NCBI GenBank assembly: GCA_963677925.2
Contig: CAXXYH010000004.1
Coordinates: forward strand, 2,368,001-2,432,000
Reading direction: 5' to 3'
DNA: 64,000 nucleotides
Source: Spirochaetia bacterium
Lineage (GTDB): Bacteria > Spirochaetota > Spirochaetia > UBA9216
Below the pieces are notes generated by a model. It ran no database searches. It was not told where the DNA came from and saw nothing but the letters and a program-made list of their open reading frames with translations. Position 1 is the first letter of the stretch. Every line of letters begins with the position of its first letter. Positions 49,806 to 58,917 of the stretch are shown in pieces. Made by a program: the position numbers and the translations under genes.

Positions 49806-50693
49806 TTAATAGCCATTCTTAATAAGCATTTGAACTACGCGGAAGTAGAAATCAAGGTAGTCAAAGTCAGAATTCGGCAGAATATCAAGCCCGACAAGAT
49901 CCGGGTGGTTAAGACTGCCTGAATACTCCATATATTCATTCACTGTTCCGAGGTAGTTTCCCCATCTCGCAGATGATACTGATATCATTCCGTCATTAGG
50001 TCCTTCTTTGAAGAATATATATTCACGAAGGAGGCTGAAAATAAAATGGAAATCATCATACCTCATTACCGCTGAAAATGAGTAATATGTAACTTCATCC
50101 AGATTTTGATATTTAGTATTGAAAATTTCCATCTCCTCAGTTCCAAGCTGTGTTATGGTTTTAATAAAATCCTGATTTCTGTCTCCGGCATACCCGGCAA
50201 GGGTGTTCATGATGTATTCAAGTGAATAACTGGTTGTAAGCGGATTGGATGAAAAGAAATCGGCAACAGGCGTACCTCTGTGCGGAGTTGAAACTGTTGT
50301 TATACTTGCAATTCTGCCCCGGGCTTGCGGAAGATAGGCCGCCAGTCTTGAATCAAGACCTCCCTTGGAAAATGCAATTATATTCACCTTTTCCGTTTCA
50401 GTTTCCAGACATATTTTTTCTATCTGTTTTGCTAGCCGTTCAGCGTTTGATTCAATACTTCCCAGAGCATCAATGTCAGCAATATACGCCGACATTCCTT
50501 TCTTATTGAGAAAATTCGCTATGGGTAGGGCAGAGTTCGGATAGATGATATCAGAACGTTCAATGAAGCCGTGAACGATAATCATGGGATATTTCGTTTT
50601 TTCATATTCATGGAAGTCTACTGCTCCTGCGGAAAGCGGCAGCAGCAGTAGGCAGGCTGTAAAAGTAATATAATGTCTAAGTCTCATCAGCAT
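49806..50693 (-). CDS. Secreted alpha/beta-hydrolase (lipase-like)
   Basis: YP...VHG, AFSKGG elbow, STPHRGT, NDG and H.D motifs. Confidence 0.87.
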   Translation of the reverse strand: MLMRLRHYITFTACLLLLPLSAGAVDFHEYEKTKYPMIIVHGFIERSDIIYPNSALPIANFLNKKGMSAYIADIDALGSIESNAERLAKQIEKICLETETEKVNIIAFSKGGLDSRLAAYLPQARGRIASITTVSTPHRGTPVADFFSSNPLTTSYSLEYIMNTLAGYAGDRNQDFIKTITQLGTEEMEIFNTKYQNLDEVTYYSFSAVMRYDDFHFIFSLLREYIFFKEGPNDGMISVSSARWGNYLGTVNEYMEYSGSLNHPDLVGLDILPNSDFDYLDFYFRVVQMLIKNGY

Positions 50694-50708
50694 TAGTCCT
50701 TCCCTGAA

Positions 50709-51611
50709 TTAAAAGCCGTTATCGGCCAGATATTTAATGAGTTTTTCAAAAAATAGTTCATGATCAAAGTTATTGTTATGCGGTATATTCAACCCGACTA
50801 CATCTGTATGGCAGATATCGGTATCACAGGCTGAAAAGCAGTTTATAGTCCCAAGGTATTCTCCCCATGCTGCAGATTCTTCGGAGACTATTCCGTCATT
50901 GGGTCCCTCAACTGTAGCTACCAGGTCACGGGAAGAGCCGAAAAAAACATGAAAATAGTCGCTTGAAACCGTTGATGCAAAAGAATAATACTTTACTCCG
51001 GGGTAATCACTGCATATCATATTGAAAATTCTCATCTTGTCCCGTCCCATCTGATAAAGACAGTCCGGATAGGCTTCCTTGCGGTCTCCCGCCAGTTTTC
51101 CGAAGGTGTTGATTAGGAATACCGAAAATTTATTTGAGGTCAGCCACCAGGTAGAAAAAAAGTCTATTGCAGTTGAACCCCGGTGCGGGGTCGCAAGAGT
51201 CGTAAGCGAAGCCGTATATGCCCCTGCACCCATAATTGAAACGGCGTATCTGGCATCTAAACCGCCCTTTGAATAGGCAATTATATTAATCTTCTCCTTC
51301 CCTGGATTTTCCTTGAGAATTTCATCCATGGCCTGAGTAATGTAGTACGCGTTATCCTCGATTTTTGCGAAGGCATCAGTATCGGCGTAGTAAACATTAT
51401 AGCCCTTCAGTCTTAGATGCTTTGTTAGATCTACAAGCGAGTTGGGGTATGGGATGGTGGTACGTTCATTGAAGCCGTGAACAAGAAGGATTGGGTAGCG
51501 GGGCTGTATGATTTCGGGTTCAGCAAGTTTTGCGGTAGTATTGCATGAAACGAGAAGAAGTGCTGTAAAAAGTATCAGTATTGATTTTACACGCCGCATT
51601 TTAAAACTCAA
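50709..51611 (-). CDS. Lipoprotein alpha/beta-hydrolase (lipase-like), paralog of the downstream gene
   Basis: Lipobox LLVSC; LVHG, AYSKGG, TPHRGS, NDG and HTD motifs; start may be ATG 51599. Confidence 0.87.
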   Translation of the reverse strand: MSFKMRRVKSILILFTALLLVSCNTTAKLAEPEIIQPRYPILLVHGFNERTTIPYPNSLVDLTKHLRLKGYNVYYADTDAFAKIEDNAYYITQAMDEILKENPGKEKINIIAYSKGGLDARYAVSIMGAGAYTASLTTLATPHRGSTAIDFFSTWWLTSNKFSVFLINTFGKLAGDRKEAYPDCLYQMGRDKMRIFNMICSDYPGVKYYSFASTVSSDYFHVFFGSSRDLVATVEGPNDGIVSEESAAWGEYLGTINCFSACDTDICHTDVVGLNIPHNNNFDHELFFEKLIKYLADNGF

Positions 51612-51655
51612 AGTATTTATAACAGGAAATCGGATTTATAACTATAACCGAGTAC

Positions 51656-51691
51656 AAAAAAAGGGACCAACCTGTTTCAAGTCAGTCCCCT
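51656..51691 (-). terminator. Rho-independent terminator after the RRM gene
   Basis: Minus strand reads GGGGACTGACTTG-AAA-CAGGTTGGTCCC-T-run. Confidence 0.7.
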
Positions 51692-51715
51692 TAGGTACAA
51701 AGTAAAAAGTTATAG

Positions 51716-51985
51716 TTAGAAGCGTCTTGGGCCTCGTTCCTTTTCAATTGATTCGTTCACTTTTATGCTTCGGCCTTCAATTTCAGTACCATTGAGCGCA
51801 GAGATTGCAGCCTGTGCTGAATCCTCGTCCTCCATCTCTACGAAACCGAAGCCCTTGGAGCGATTGGTTTCTCTGTCCATGATAATTTTTGCACTAACAA
51901 CAGGTCCGAACTGACCGAACAGCTCCTCAAGCCCTTCGTTGCGCATTCTGTAGTTTAAGTTCCCTACATAAATTTTCTTTGACAA
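51716..51985 (-). CDS. RRM RNA-binding protein
   Basis: RNP2 IYVGNL and RNP1 KGFGFVEM. Confidence 0.95.
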   Translation of the reverse strand: MSKKIYVGNLNYRMRNEGLEELFGQFGPVVSAKIIMDRETNRSKGFGFVEMEDEDSAQAAISALNGTEIEGRSIKVNESIEKERGPRRF

Positions 51986-52121
51986 TTTAGCATCCTCACC
52001 GGTGTATTACCGGTATTAAAAAATAAATACACTGAACAGAAAATCTGTCTTAACCAGTTATTTCATCTTTAACAGTAATTAAACCGTTTGTCAATCAGTA
52101 AAAAAATAAGTTGTAAAAACC

Positions 52122-53501
52122 TTATTTTTCTTCCGGCTTATCAAATACAACCACCGTTCCGTTAAAATCAAGTACATCTCCGCTTTTCAGTATATGCTGC
52201 TTTTTAAACCGGTTGTTTACCTTAAACTCATCATCAGCCGCTACGGTGTAGTTACCTACGGTCTTGTCGTATACTATTGTTGCGTGTGATTCTCTTAAAG
52301 ACGGATTCCCGGCTACGGTCATATCGGCCCGATCTCCAGCTCCAATCACTGTTACCTCATTTGTCAGATTTACTCTTGTTACCTGAGAAAAAGGTTTATC
52401 TGTATTGAGAATATTGATTTCTGCCGACTTTGCAGCATGTTCCCATACAAGCAGAAGCATTGCGGCAATAATACCTGCGGCAAGCAGAAGCGGAATCAGA
52501 AACAGCCAGCTGAATCCGTTCTCAGGCAGTCCAAGAAAGTGGGGTACATAGAATGCCGACTGACTTTCCTGATTGTCCACCTTCAAAATTATGTCATTAA
52601 CCTCTGTCCGGCTGTATGAGGGGCGGAAGCGTACCCGGTATTCTTTTCTTATCTCTTCACGTATAGTACTGTAGACATTCTCAAGTTGTTCCCTGTCTGT
52701 TGCGTCAAAACTTCTGCCGCCTGTAGCCTCAGCAATTCTGGAAAGTTCAGGATCCCTGTCAGCTCCTATATGTACCGCATATATACTGATGCCTTCCTCC
52801 AGCATTTTTTCTATAACTTCATCCGGTGCGGTTTCCTCACCCGCATAGAGAGGATGCTCACTTCCTGAAAGCGAGTAGGGATAATTTTCTCCGTCTGAAA
52901 GAACAATCATTGCCCGCCGGCCGGTAAACGCTGCAAGTTCAGCAGAGGCCTTGTCCATGGACAGGTAGAGCTCTGTGAATGCTTCATCATCCGCCGGTTC
53001 CTGAATCTTCTGAAGTGAGGATTTCTGTGTTCCTGAGATTCCAGCAATAGGTGAAAGCGGTGTGTAGTATGTATTGAAAGAGGCGATACCTATCTTATCA
53101 AGCGGATTATCTATACTGCTTAGAAAAGATTCTACAGCATGAACTGCAGTCTGATATCTGCTCTCATCGCCTATATTCCATTTATGCATTGAACCTGAAT
53201 TATCCAGCAGCAGAAGAAAGCTGATGCCCTGCTGTTCAGGGGCTTCCTGTTCTATACTCCGTATTTTCTGTTCTTTCATATTTCCCTTTGCATCGGGAAT
53301 ATAAAGCTGAATCTTTTCCGATCCGTCCAGTGTTCTCGGATTACCGTCAGCATCTCTTGGCAGAAAGAACAGATCCAAAGTTCCGTCGATCAAAAGCCTG
53401 CGGTTTTCTATCTGGGTAATATCAATACTCTGAGCAAACAAAGATGAAACTGATAATAATAATATAGCTGAAGCTAATAATTTCTTCATAATATTCTCCA
53501 T
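52122..53501 (-). CDS. Signal peptide-vWA-TM-FHA protein
   Basis: MIDAS DNSGSM...T..LSDGE; TM segment; C-terminal FHA-like domain (VIGAG...SHATI...VNN...LKSGDVL). Confidence 0.85.
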   Translation of the reverse strand: MENIMKKLLASAILLLSVSSLFAQSIDITQIENRRLLIDGTLDLFFLPRDADGNPRTLDGSEKIQLYIPDAKGNMKEQKIRSIEQEAPEQQGISFLLLLDNSGSMHKWNIGDESRYQTAVHAVESFLSSIDNPLDKIGIASFNTYYTPLSPIAGISGTQKSSLQKIQEPADDEAFTELYLSMDKASAELAAFTGRRAMIVLSDGENYPYSLSGSEHPLYAGEETAPDEVIEKMLEEGISIYAVHIGADRDPELSRIAEATGGRSFDATDREQLENVYSTIREEIRKEYRVRFRPSYSRTEVNDIILKVDNQESQSAFYVPHFLGLPENGFSWLFLIPLLLAAGIIAAMLLLVWEHAAKSAEINILNTDKPFSQVTRVNLTNEVTVIGAGDRADMTVAGNPSLRESHATIVYDKTVGNYTVAADDEFKVNNRFKKQHILKSGDVLDFNGTVVVFDKPEEK

Positions 53502-53503
53502 AA

Positions 53504-54391
53504 CTAAGGTATAAATCTTAGTACCGTCCGTCCGCAGCGGATAACATCTTCATATTTAAGCTGGCAGTCCCCATCGACGGCCCGGTCATTGATGTAAAGC
53601 TTTTTATCCGAAGCCTTTTTTTCAATGTGAAGACTGCCTGACTGCCGGTACACCCTGGCATGAAACTCTGCAACAGCAGAGTCTCCGGGCAGGACAATAT
53701 CAGCCTTGTCTGCGGAGCCTATAAGGCTTGAAGTTCTTGAAATAATGAACTCTTTACCCTTAAATTTTCCATTAACCACTTTCAGCACACCGTACCGGCC
53801 TACAGCATCAGCAATACTGAGCCCGGCTCCGATGAATATTCCCATAAAAATAAAACCGGCAAGTCTTAGCCCGGAAGGTGCAACAATGCTCAATGAGTTA
53901 AGTCCTTCGTAAGCCAGCCCTCCGGCAAGTCCGCCAACCAGTCCGCCGGCAAGTCCGAAAAGAAGTCTTCTAAGTGATTTAGTCCGTACGCCTTCAATTA
54001 TTCCCAGAATACCGCCAAGAACTGTCCAGCCAGGAATCCTTGCCTTCGGCAGATAACTGGTCTGTATATCATTAATTGAAGCGCTTCCTGCTCCCGTTAC
54101 AGAAAATAAAAGCCCCTGGGCTATCAGGATGGCCAGGGCACCGGCAGTAAAGCCGAAAATCAGACCGAAAAGCGCACCGTTTGCCGCCTTCGATTTTATT
54201 GAAAGTGCAATTCCTTCACCCAGTCCGATTACTGCTCCGTAAACAGCACCGATAAAACCTCCGGTGATGATCAGATGCAGGTAAAAGGAGCCTCCGTTCA
54301 TGATCATAAGAGATTCAGTGGCAAACCACACTATGCCTCCTGCCGCCAATCCGAGCAGCAGATATATAATCTTTTTAATAGTTTTAGTCAT
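53504..54391 (-). CDS. Gly-rich 6-TM membrane protein with C-terminal FHA-like domain
   Basis: GxxxG-rich helices; GKEF...LIGS...HARV...IND...LKYEDVIRCG. Confidence 0.8.
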   Translation of the reverse strand: MTKTIKKIIYLLLGLAAGGIVWFATESLMIMNGGSFYLHLIITGGFIGAVYGAVIGLGEGIALSIKSKAANGALFGLIFGFTAGALAILIAQGLLFSVTGAGSASINDIQTSYLPKARIPGWTVLGGILGIIEGVRTKSLRRLLFGLAGGLVGGLAGGLAYEGLNSLSIVAPSGLRLAGFIFMGIFIGAGLSIADAVGRYGVLKVVNGKFKGKEFIISRTSSLIGSADKADIVLPGDSAVAEFHARVYRQSGSLHIEKKASDKKLYINDRAVDGDCQLKYEDVIRCGRTVLRFIP

Positions 54392-54416
54392 TACGCTAAC
54401 TCCCTGCTGTGATGTT

Positions 54417-56321
54417 CTACTTTCTCAGCAATTGAATATTTCCATCTACTTCAGTAATTCTCAGTTCAATCTTCTCACCTGAAACGATACTTAAATCCAG
54501 CCTTGTTCTGGAGCCCCATCTTGATGCCTCAAATCTGTAGCGCCCCGGAGACAGGTTCATACTCTCAGGAATGCTGTCATGCAGATTCCATGCTTCCATT
54601 CTTGTTACAGGACTTCCGCTGCTGTCATCTTCCATATATAAATCAATCCAGGATGTCCCGTTTACCGTCAAATCAATATTCTCATTGCCTGTATCAAGGA
54701 TTATAAGAGCCGGTTTCGGCAGGAGTACCGCTTCAATTTTCAGAGCACTGATTTCTTCTCCCAGAAAAAGGGAGTAATCCTGTCCTATATAGCCGTCAGC
54801 CGTAAGTCTGAAAAGATGAACATCTCCGGACTCGATAGTCGTTATATCCGATAGCGGAATGAACCCACGGTTTGTTTTCATACTTATTTGAGTATCCTGA
54901 CCGATATCTTTTCCGCTCACCGCATCTCTTATATCGAGAGCTACGGACAGTTCTGATGGAGCCGGTTCTGGAATACTGAAAGTTTTTACAGTTTCAGGAT
55001 AAATATCCGACCCGCTGTGAAGTCTTTTCTGCTCCCTGCCGGACGGGAGATATACAGAGCCCCAGAAGATATCGGGACCGCAGGTGATTTTAATTCGGTA
55101 TATCCCTGTTTTCAGATACAGGGGCAGCGTTGAGAATGTGGAATCTGTGTTTTCAGAATTTATAAACTCAGGAATTTTAAACATTGCCGGCTTTACCACA
55201 AGCGGAATTTCAGCATTTTCTTCTGAAAAGACAGCAGCTGAAACCGGTAGATTGTGAAAATATCCTGCATTTTCGGGCAACGAAAAAGTTATTCTAAGTC
55301 TGCCGTCTGTATTCCCCTTAAAAATTGGATGGAATACCGTACTTTTAATTCCTGCAGTGAATAAAAGAGCAACAGCCGCCGCAGCAATTACGGATCGCGT
55401 GACTATTCTTATCAGATTTTTCCTGGGTTTCAGAAGCTGTTCATTTTCTTCAAGGCGCACCATAGAACCCAGTTTTTCGCGAATTGCCTCTTTGTCGTAG
55501 TATTTAAGCAGCTTTTCTGTTCTTCTGATTATCTGCTCTACTGTCTGATACCTTCCTTTCGGTGAGGTTTTCATACAGCCTCTGATAATTCTTACAAGCT
55601 GCCTGGATATTTCGGGAACATATTTTCTCGGGTTCCGGTATTTTCCTTTCTGCTTTGCATGTATCAGTTCCGGAGAGAACCCGCCTGTAAAGGGCTGCTT
55701 TCCTGTGAGCATCTCGTATGCCATTACCCCCAGAGCATATATATCAGCCCTCGCGTCTACATTTCTTGAATTCTGAAACTGTTCGGGAGCCATATAGGAC
55801 GGGGTTCCAAGCGTCATTCCCTCGCGGGTAAGTCCAGAATCAACATCCTCAGTTGATGCAGCAATTCCGAAGTCTGCAAGCTTGATTGCGCCGTCTCTTG
55901 ATAACAGCAGATTGGCAGGTTTTATATCTCTGTGTACTACGCCGCGCTTATGAGCATAACCCAGTGCCCTTGCACAGTGCAGCAGGATATATGCCGCTGT
56001 CACTGAATCAAGATATCTGTGCTCTTTGATAAGTCCTTCAAGTGATGTTCCCTCAACATATTCCATTACAATGAAGTATGAACTACCTTCCTTGAAATGA
56101 TCGAATACCGTGACAATATCATCGTGTCTGAAATCCATCAGAATTCTGGCTTCGCGCTTAAAGCGTTCGGAGAAGGCCGATTTCCCGCGAAGGGTAAGTT
56201 TTTTAAGGATTACGGGTCTGTTAAGAGTAGGGTGCATAGCTTTGTAAACCGCGCCCATACCTCCCTTGGCAATAAGGTCAACCTCTCCGTATTTATCAAT
56301 CTTCTCAGGCTCTTTTCCCAT
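54417..56321 (-). CDS. Hanks-type transmembrane Ser/Thr protein kinase
   Basis: GGMGAVY, HRDIKPAN, DFG and GTPSYMAPE motifs; TM segment and extracytoplasmic C-terminus. Confidence 0.95.
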   Translation of the reverse strand: MGKEPEKIDKYGEVDLIAKGGMGAVYKAMHPTLNRPVILKKLTLRGKSAFSERFKREARILMDFRHDDIVTVFDHFKEGSSYFIVMEYVEGTSLEGLIKEHRYLDSVTAAYILLHCARALGYAHKRGVVHRDIKPANLLLSRDGAIKLADFGIAASTEDVDSGLTREGMTLGTPSYMAPEQFQNSRNVDARADIYALGVMAYEMLTGKQPFTGGFSPELIHAKQKGKYRNPRKYVPEISRQLVRIIRGCMKTSPKGRYQTVEQIIRRTEKLLKYYDKEAIREKLGSMVRLEENEQLLKPRKNLIRIVTRSVIAAAAVALLFTAGIKSTVFHPIFKGNTDGRLRITFSLPENAGYFHNLPVSAAVFSEENAEIPLVVKPAMFKIPEFINSENTDSTFSTLPLYLKTGIYRIKITCGPDIFWGSVYLPSGREQKRLHSGSDIYPETVKTFSIPEPAPSELSVALDIRDAVSGKDIGQDTQISMKTNRGFIPLSDITTIESGDVHLFRLTADGYIGQDYSLFLGEEISALKIEAVLLPKPALIILDTGNENIDLTVNGTSWIDLYMEDDSSGSPVTRMEAWNLHDSIPESMNLSPGRYRFEASRWGSRTRLDLSIVSGEKIELRITEVDGNIQLLRK

Positions 56322-56341
56322 AAATAGTTCTGTTCCTTATA

Positions 56342-57346
56342 TTAAATTCTGCTGATCCGGATAATCTGCTTGTGGGGAATAAAATCTTCCCCCCTGAATA
56401 CAACAGCCGCTATTTCCTCTGATGGATGGTTAATCTGTATGTACCTGTCTGAAGCCCGAAGTGCATAAAGACCGTTTACAGGTCTGTGTCCGCCGAAGCA
56501 TAATGCGGAAGGATGATCAGGAAAAAGATTATCAAGTGTCTGTTCAACACTCCCTTCCTCCGCGGCTTCGTTATCAGTCCAGGTCAGGCCGTAAAGGACT
56601 TCATCATCCTCGTAAGCATTTATTAATTCCTTGCGGCTGAAAGTCCGTACAGGTTCCGCATGTGTAACCAGAAACCTCTCACCGACAGCTGCAAGCGGTA
56701 ATGTTTTTTCATAATCATAGATCAGATCGAAGCATTCTTTTCCAAGAAACTTCTCTGTCCAGACTTTTACCATTTCACCTTCATTAACAAACTTTCTAAA
56801 AGGGTAGTTTCCTTCTCCCATCTCATTGGCAATATTCTCATGGTTTCCTTTAAGGAAAAAAAAGTTTTCCGGAAAACTCTGAAGCAGTACCAGAATCATC
56901 TGTAGCAGCCTCAGATTATCGGACATTTCCTGATCCATGGAACCATGTTTTACAAAACCCTCCATAAATTCCACATACGCCAGGGACCATCTGCCTCTGA
57001 CTCTTGCTTCACCATGAAAGGCGTCTCCTACACAGACTACATTAGCTGTGCCCTGAGCGAGCATCCGGAGAAATGAATCTCCTTTCACGAGCGGTATTGT
57101 AAGTGCATTGTACAGGAAATCACGTCTTCCATGAAGGTCCGGAATAATTAATGTAGGTAACCCGGATTTTAGTGAGATTAGACTTCCAGGCATTCCTGAA
57201 TCCGCGGCAGGGCGAATTTCATCAGACAGTCCGTTAAGGCTGTCTATAGTTTTTCTGAGTTCAGTGGCAAGTGCCGCCCCCTTGGGGGTAGAGGCACTGT
57301 CACGTAATCGAGCTAATAATGAACTGACAACTTTATAGGTATTCAT
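56342..57346 (-). CDS. Calcineurin-like metallophosphoesterase (probable protein phosphatase)
   Basis: DLHG, GD, GNHE, THA and GGH motifs. Confidence 0.85.
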   Translation of the reverse strand: MNTYKVVSSLLARLRDSASTPKGAALATELRKTIDSLNGLSDEIRPAADSGMPGSLISLKSGLPTLIIPDLHGRRDFLYNALTIPLVKGDSFLRMLAQGTANVVCVGDAFHGEARVRGRWSLAYVEFMEGFVKHGSMDQEMSDNLRLLQMILVLLQSFPENFFFLKGNHENIANEMGEGNYPFRKFVNEGEMVKVWTEKFLGKECFDLIYDYEKTLPLAAVGERFLVTHAEPVRTFSRKELINAYEDDEVLYGLTWTDNEAAEEGSVEQTLDNLFPDHPSALCFGGHRPVNGLYALRASDRYIQINHPSEEIAAVVFRGEDFIPHKQIIRISRI

Positions 57347-57356
57347 CAGTTAAGAA

Positions 57357-57893
57357 TTATTCTCCGGCAATAATTGTTCTGTTTACTTCAGTAAAATCTT
57401 CGGCAAGTATCTGTGTAACTTCAGCCAGCTGTTCTTCTTCATCTTCGGCTTCCAGCTCATCAGAGAAAACTGCCATCTTATATATCGGCGAACTGCTCTT
57501 AACAGGACCGGATTTAAATTTTACCGATTCACCGGCCTGTACCATTGCATCAAGAACTGCATCTTCCGATTCAGCAAACTCGGGAACATCCTCCCTCATT
57601 CCAATGCTTGCATAGGTCGCAGTTCTTTTACCGTCTACAATCGGCCCGACAGAAAGAAGTGAACCTGAATAGGTAAGCAGAAGAACTCCTCCGTTTTCAT
57701 CGTAGGGATCGAATTCGTCGACCATTTCCATTTTTCTTACCAGGATCTGATGAACAAAGGCATCTTCTTTTTCTTTCCATGCTCTTGCCAGTGTTTCAAG
57801 AGCTTCACCGTCATCTTCAATTTTTACCGATTTTCTAAGACTGCTGATATGATCAGCAACTTTCGGATCTAATTCATCAAAATATTCTGCCAT
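57357..57893 (-). CDS. Acidic hypothetical protein (domain X, standalone)
   Basis: GGAGG SD; first gene of the kinase operon; clear paralog of the N-terminal ~170 aa of 58022..58885. Confidence 0.85.
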   Translation of the reverse strand: MAEYFDELDPKVADHISSLRKSVKIEDDGEALETLARAWKEKEDAFVHQILVRKMEMVDEFDPYDENGGVLLLTYSGSLLSVGPIVDGKRTATYASIGMREDVPEFAESEDAVLDAMVQAGESVKFKSGPVKSSSPIYKMAVFSDELEAEDEEEQLAEVTQILAEDFTEVNRTIIAGE

Positions 57894-58021
57894 TTTGCAT
57901 CCTCCATCCTCGTTAACTTATACCGGTTTTCCAGAAAATTCCAAAAAAATCGGAAAAAATTGAAAAATGATGTATAATTATCCTGTATAAAGCCTGATAC
58001 ATATGGAAAACAGGAGGCAGT

Positions 58022-58885
58022 ATGGCTTTCAATAAATTACCTGCGGATATACAAAAACACATCACCGGACTTGTAAAACTTATTCCGGATGCCGGGGAGG
58101 AAACACTGGAGTTATACTCTGATGTCTGGATGGAAAAAGACAGGATGTTCAGGAGTCAGATGTCCTCAGTCGGCATGAAGCTTGTTGAGACTGCGGACCC
58201 CGGAGAGGGGAACGGGATCCTTGCCCTTACCAATTCCGGTTCGCTTGTAAGTTTGAGTCCAGGAAAGGAAGAACGGGTTCTTGAATATTCAAGTATCAAA
58301 CTGCGTACTGATGTTCCGGATATAATTATAGATAAAATATCCAAGCTCCCGGAATCAATTAAAAACGGAAGACCTGTTGTTTTTCCTGAAGGCCGGGTAA
58401 GCAGAACCAGCCCGGTACATCTGATAGCAGTCTGTCCTGCAGAGGTTCCGCAGGAAGAGCAGGACAAGCGAGTCAGGGAAGCCACAATCTTTTTAACCAA
58501 CGGATTTATGAAACTTAACCGCAGTCTGCACCTAGATCCTGCAAATGTTCCGGATCAGTACACGATGAAAAGCATGGTCAGGTATGTTGCTAAAAAAAAC
58601 AGTATGACTGCAGGTGATGTTAAAACTGTAATTGATGATTTTCTTTATCTCATCGAAACGGGCTTAACACTTGGAGAGACCGTTCCTCTGGGAAGAATCG
58701 GCCGTTTCAGTGTTAAGAAAAAGGATGCTCAAAGAGCAAGGATCGTAAGACATCCCGCTACCGGAGAAGAGATTACAGTAGAGGCCAAACCCTCAGTTGT
58801 AGTGCCCAAAATATCTTTCTCCAGTTATCTTAAGGAACAGCTTGCCGAGTTGCCGATATCAGAGAATGATACGATAGAACGCTGA
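58022..58885 (+). CDS. Domain X fused to a C-terminal HU/IHF-like DNA-binding domain
   Basis: AGGAGG SD; C-terminus GETVPLGRIGRFSV...ARIVRHPATGEEITVEA...PKISFSSYLKE. Confidence 0.85.
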   Translation: MAFNKLPADIQKHITGLVKLIPDAGEETLELYSDVWMEKDRMFRSQMSSVGMKLVETADPGEGNGILALTNSGSLVSLSPGKEERVLEYSSIKLRTDVPDIIIDKISKLPESIKNGRPVVFPEGRVSRTSPVHLIAVCPAEVPQEEQDKRVREATIFLTNGFMKLNRSLHLDPANVPDQYTMKSMVRYVAKKNSMTAGDVKTVIDDFLYLIETGLTLGETVPLGRIGRFSVKKKDAQRARIVRHPATGEEITVEAKPSVVVPKISFSSYLKEQLAELPISENDTIER

Positions 58886-58917
58886 CTTTTTTTTGAGAAC
58901 AGTTTATTCTACAATAT

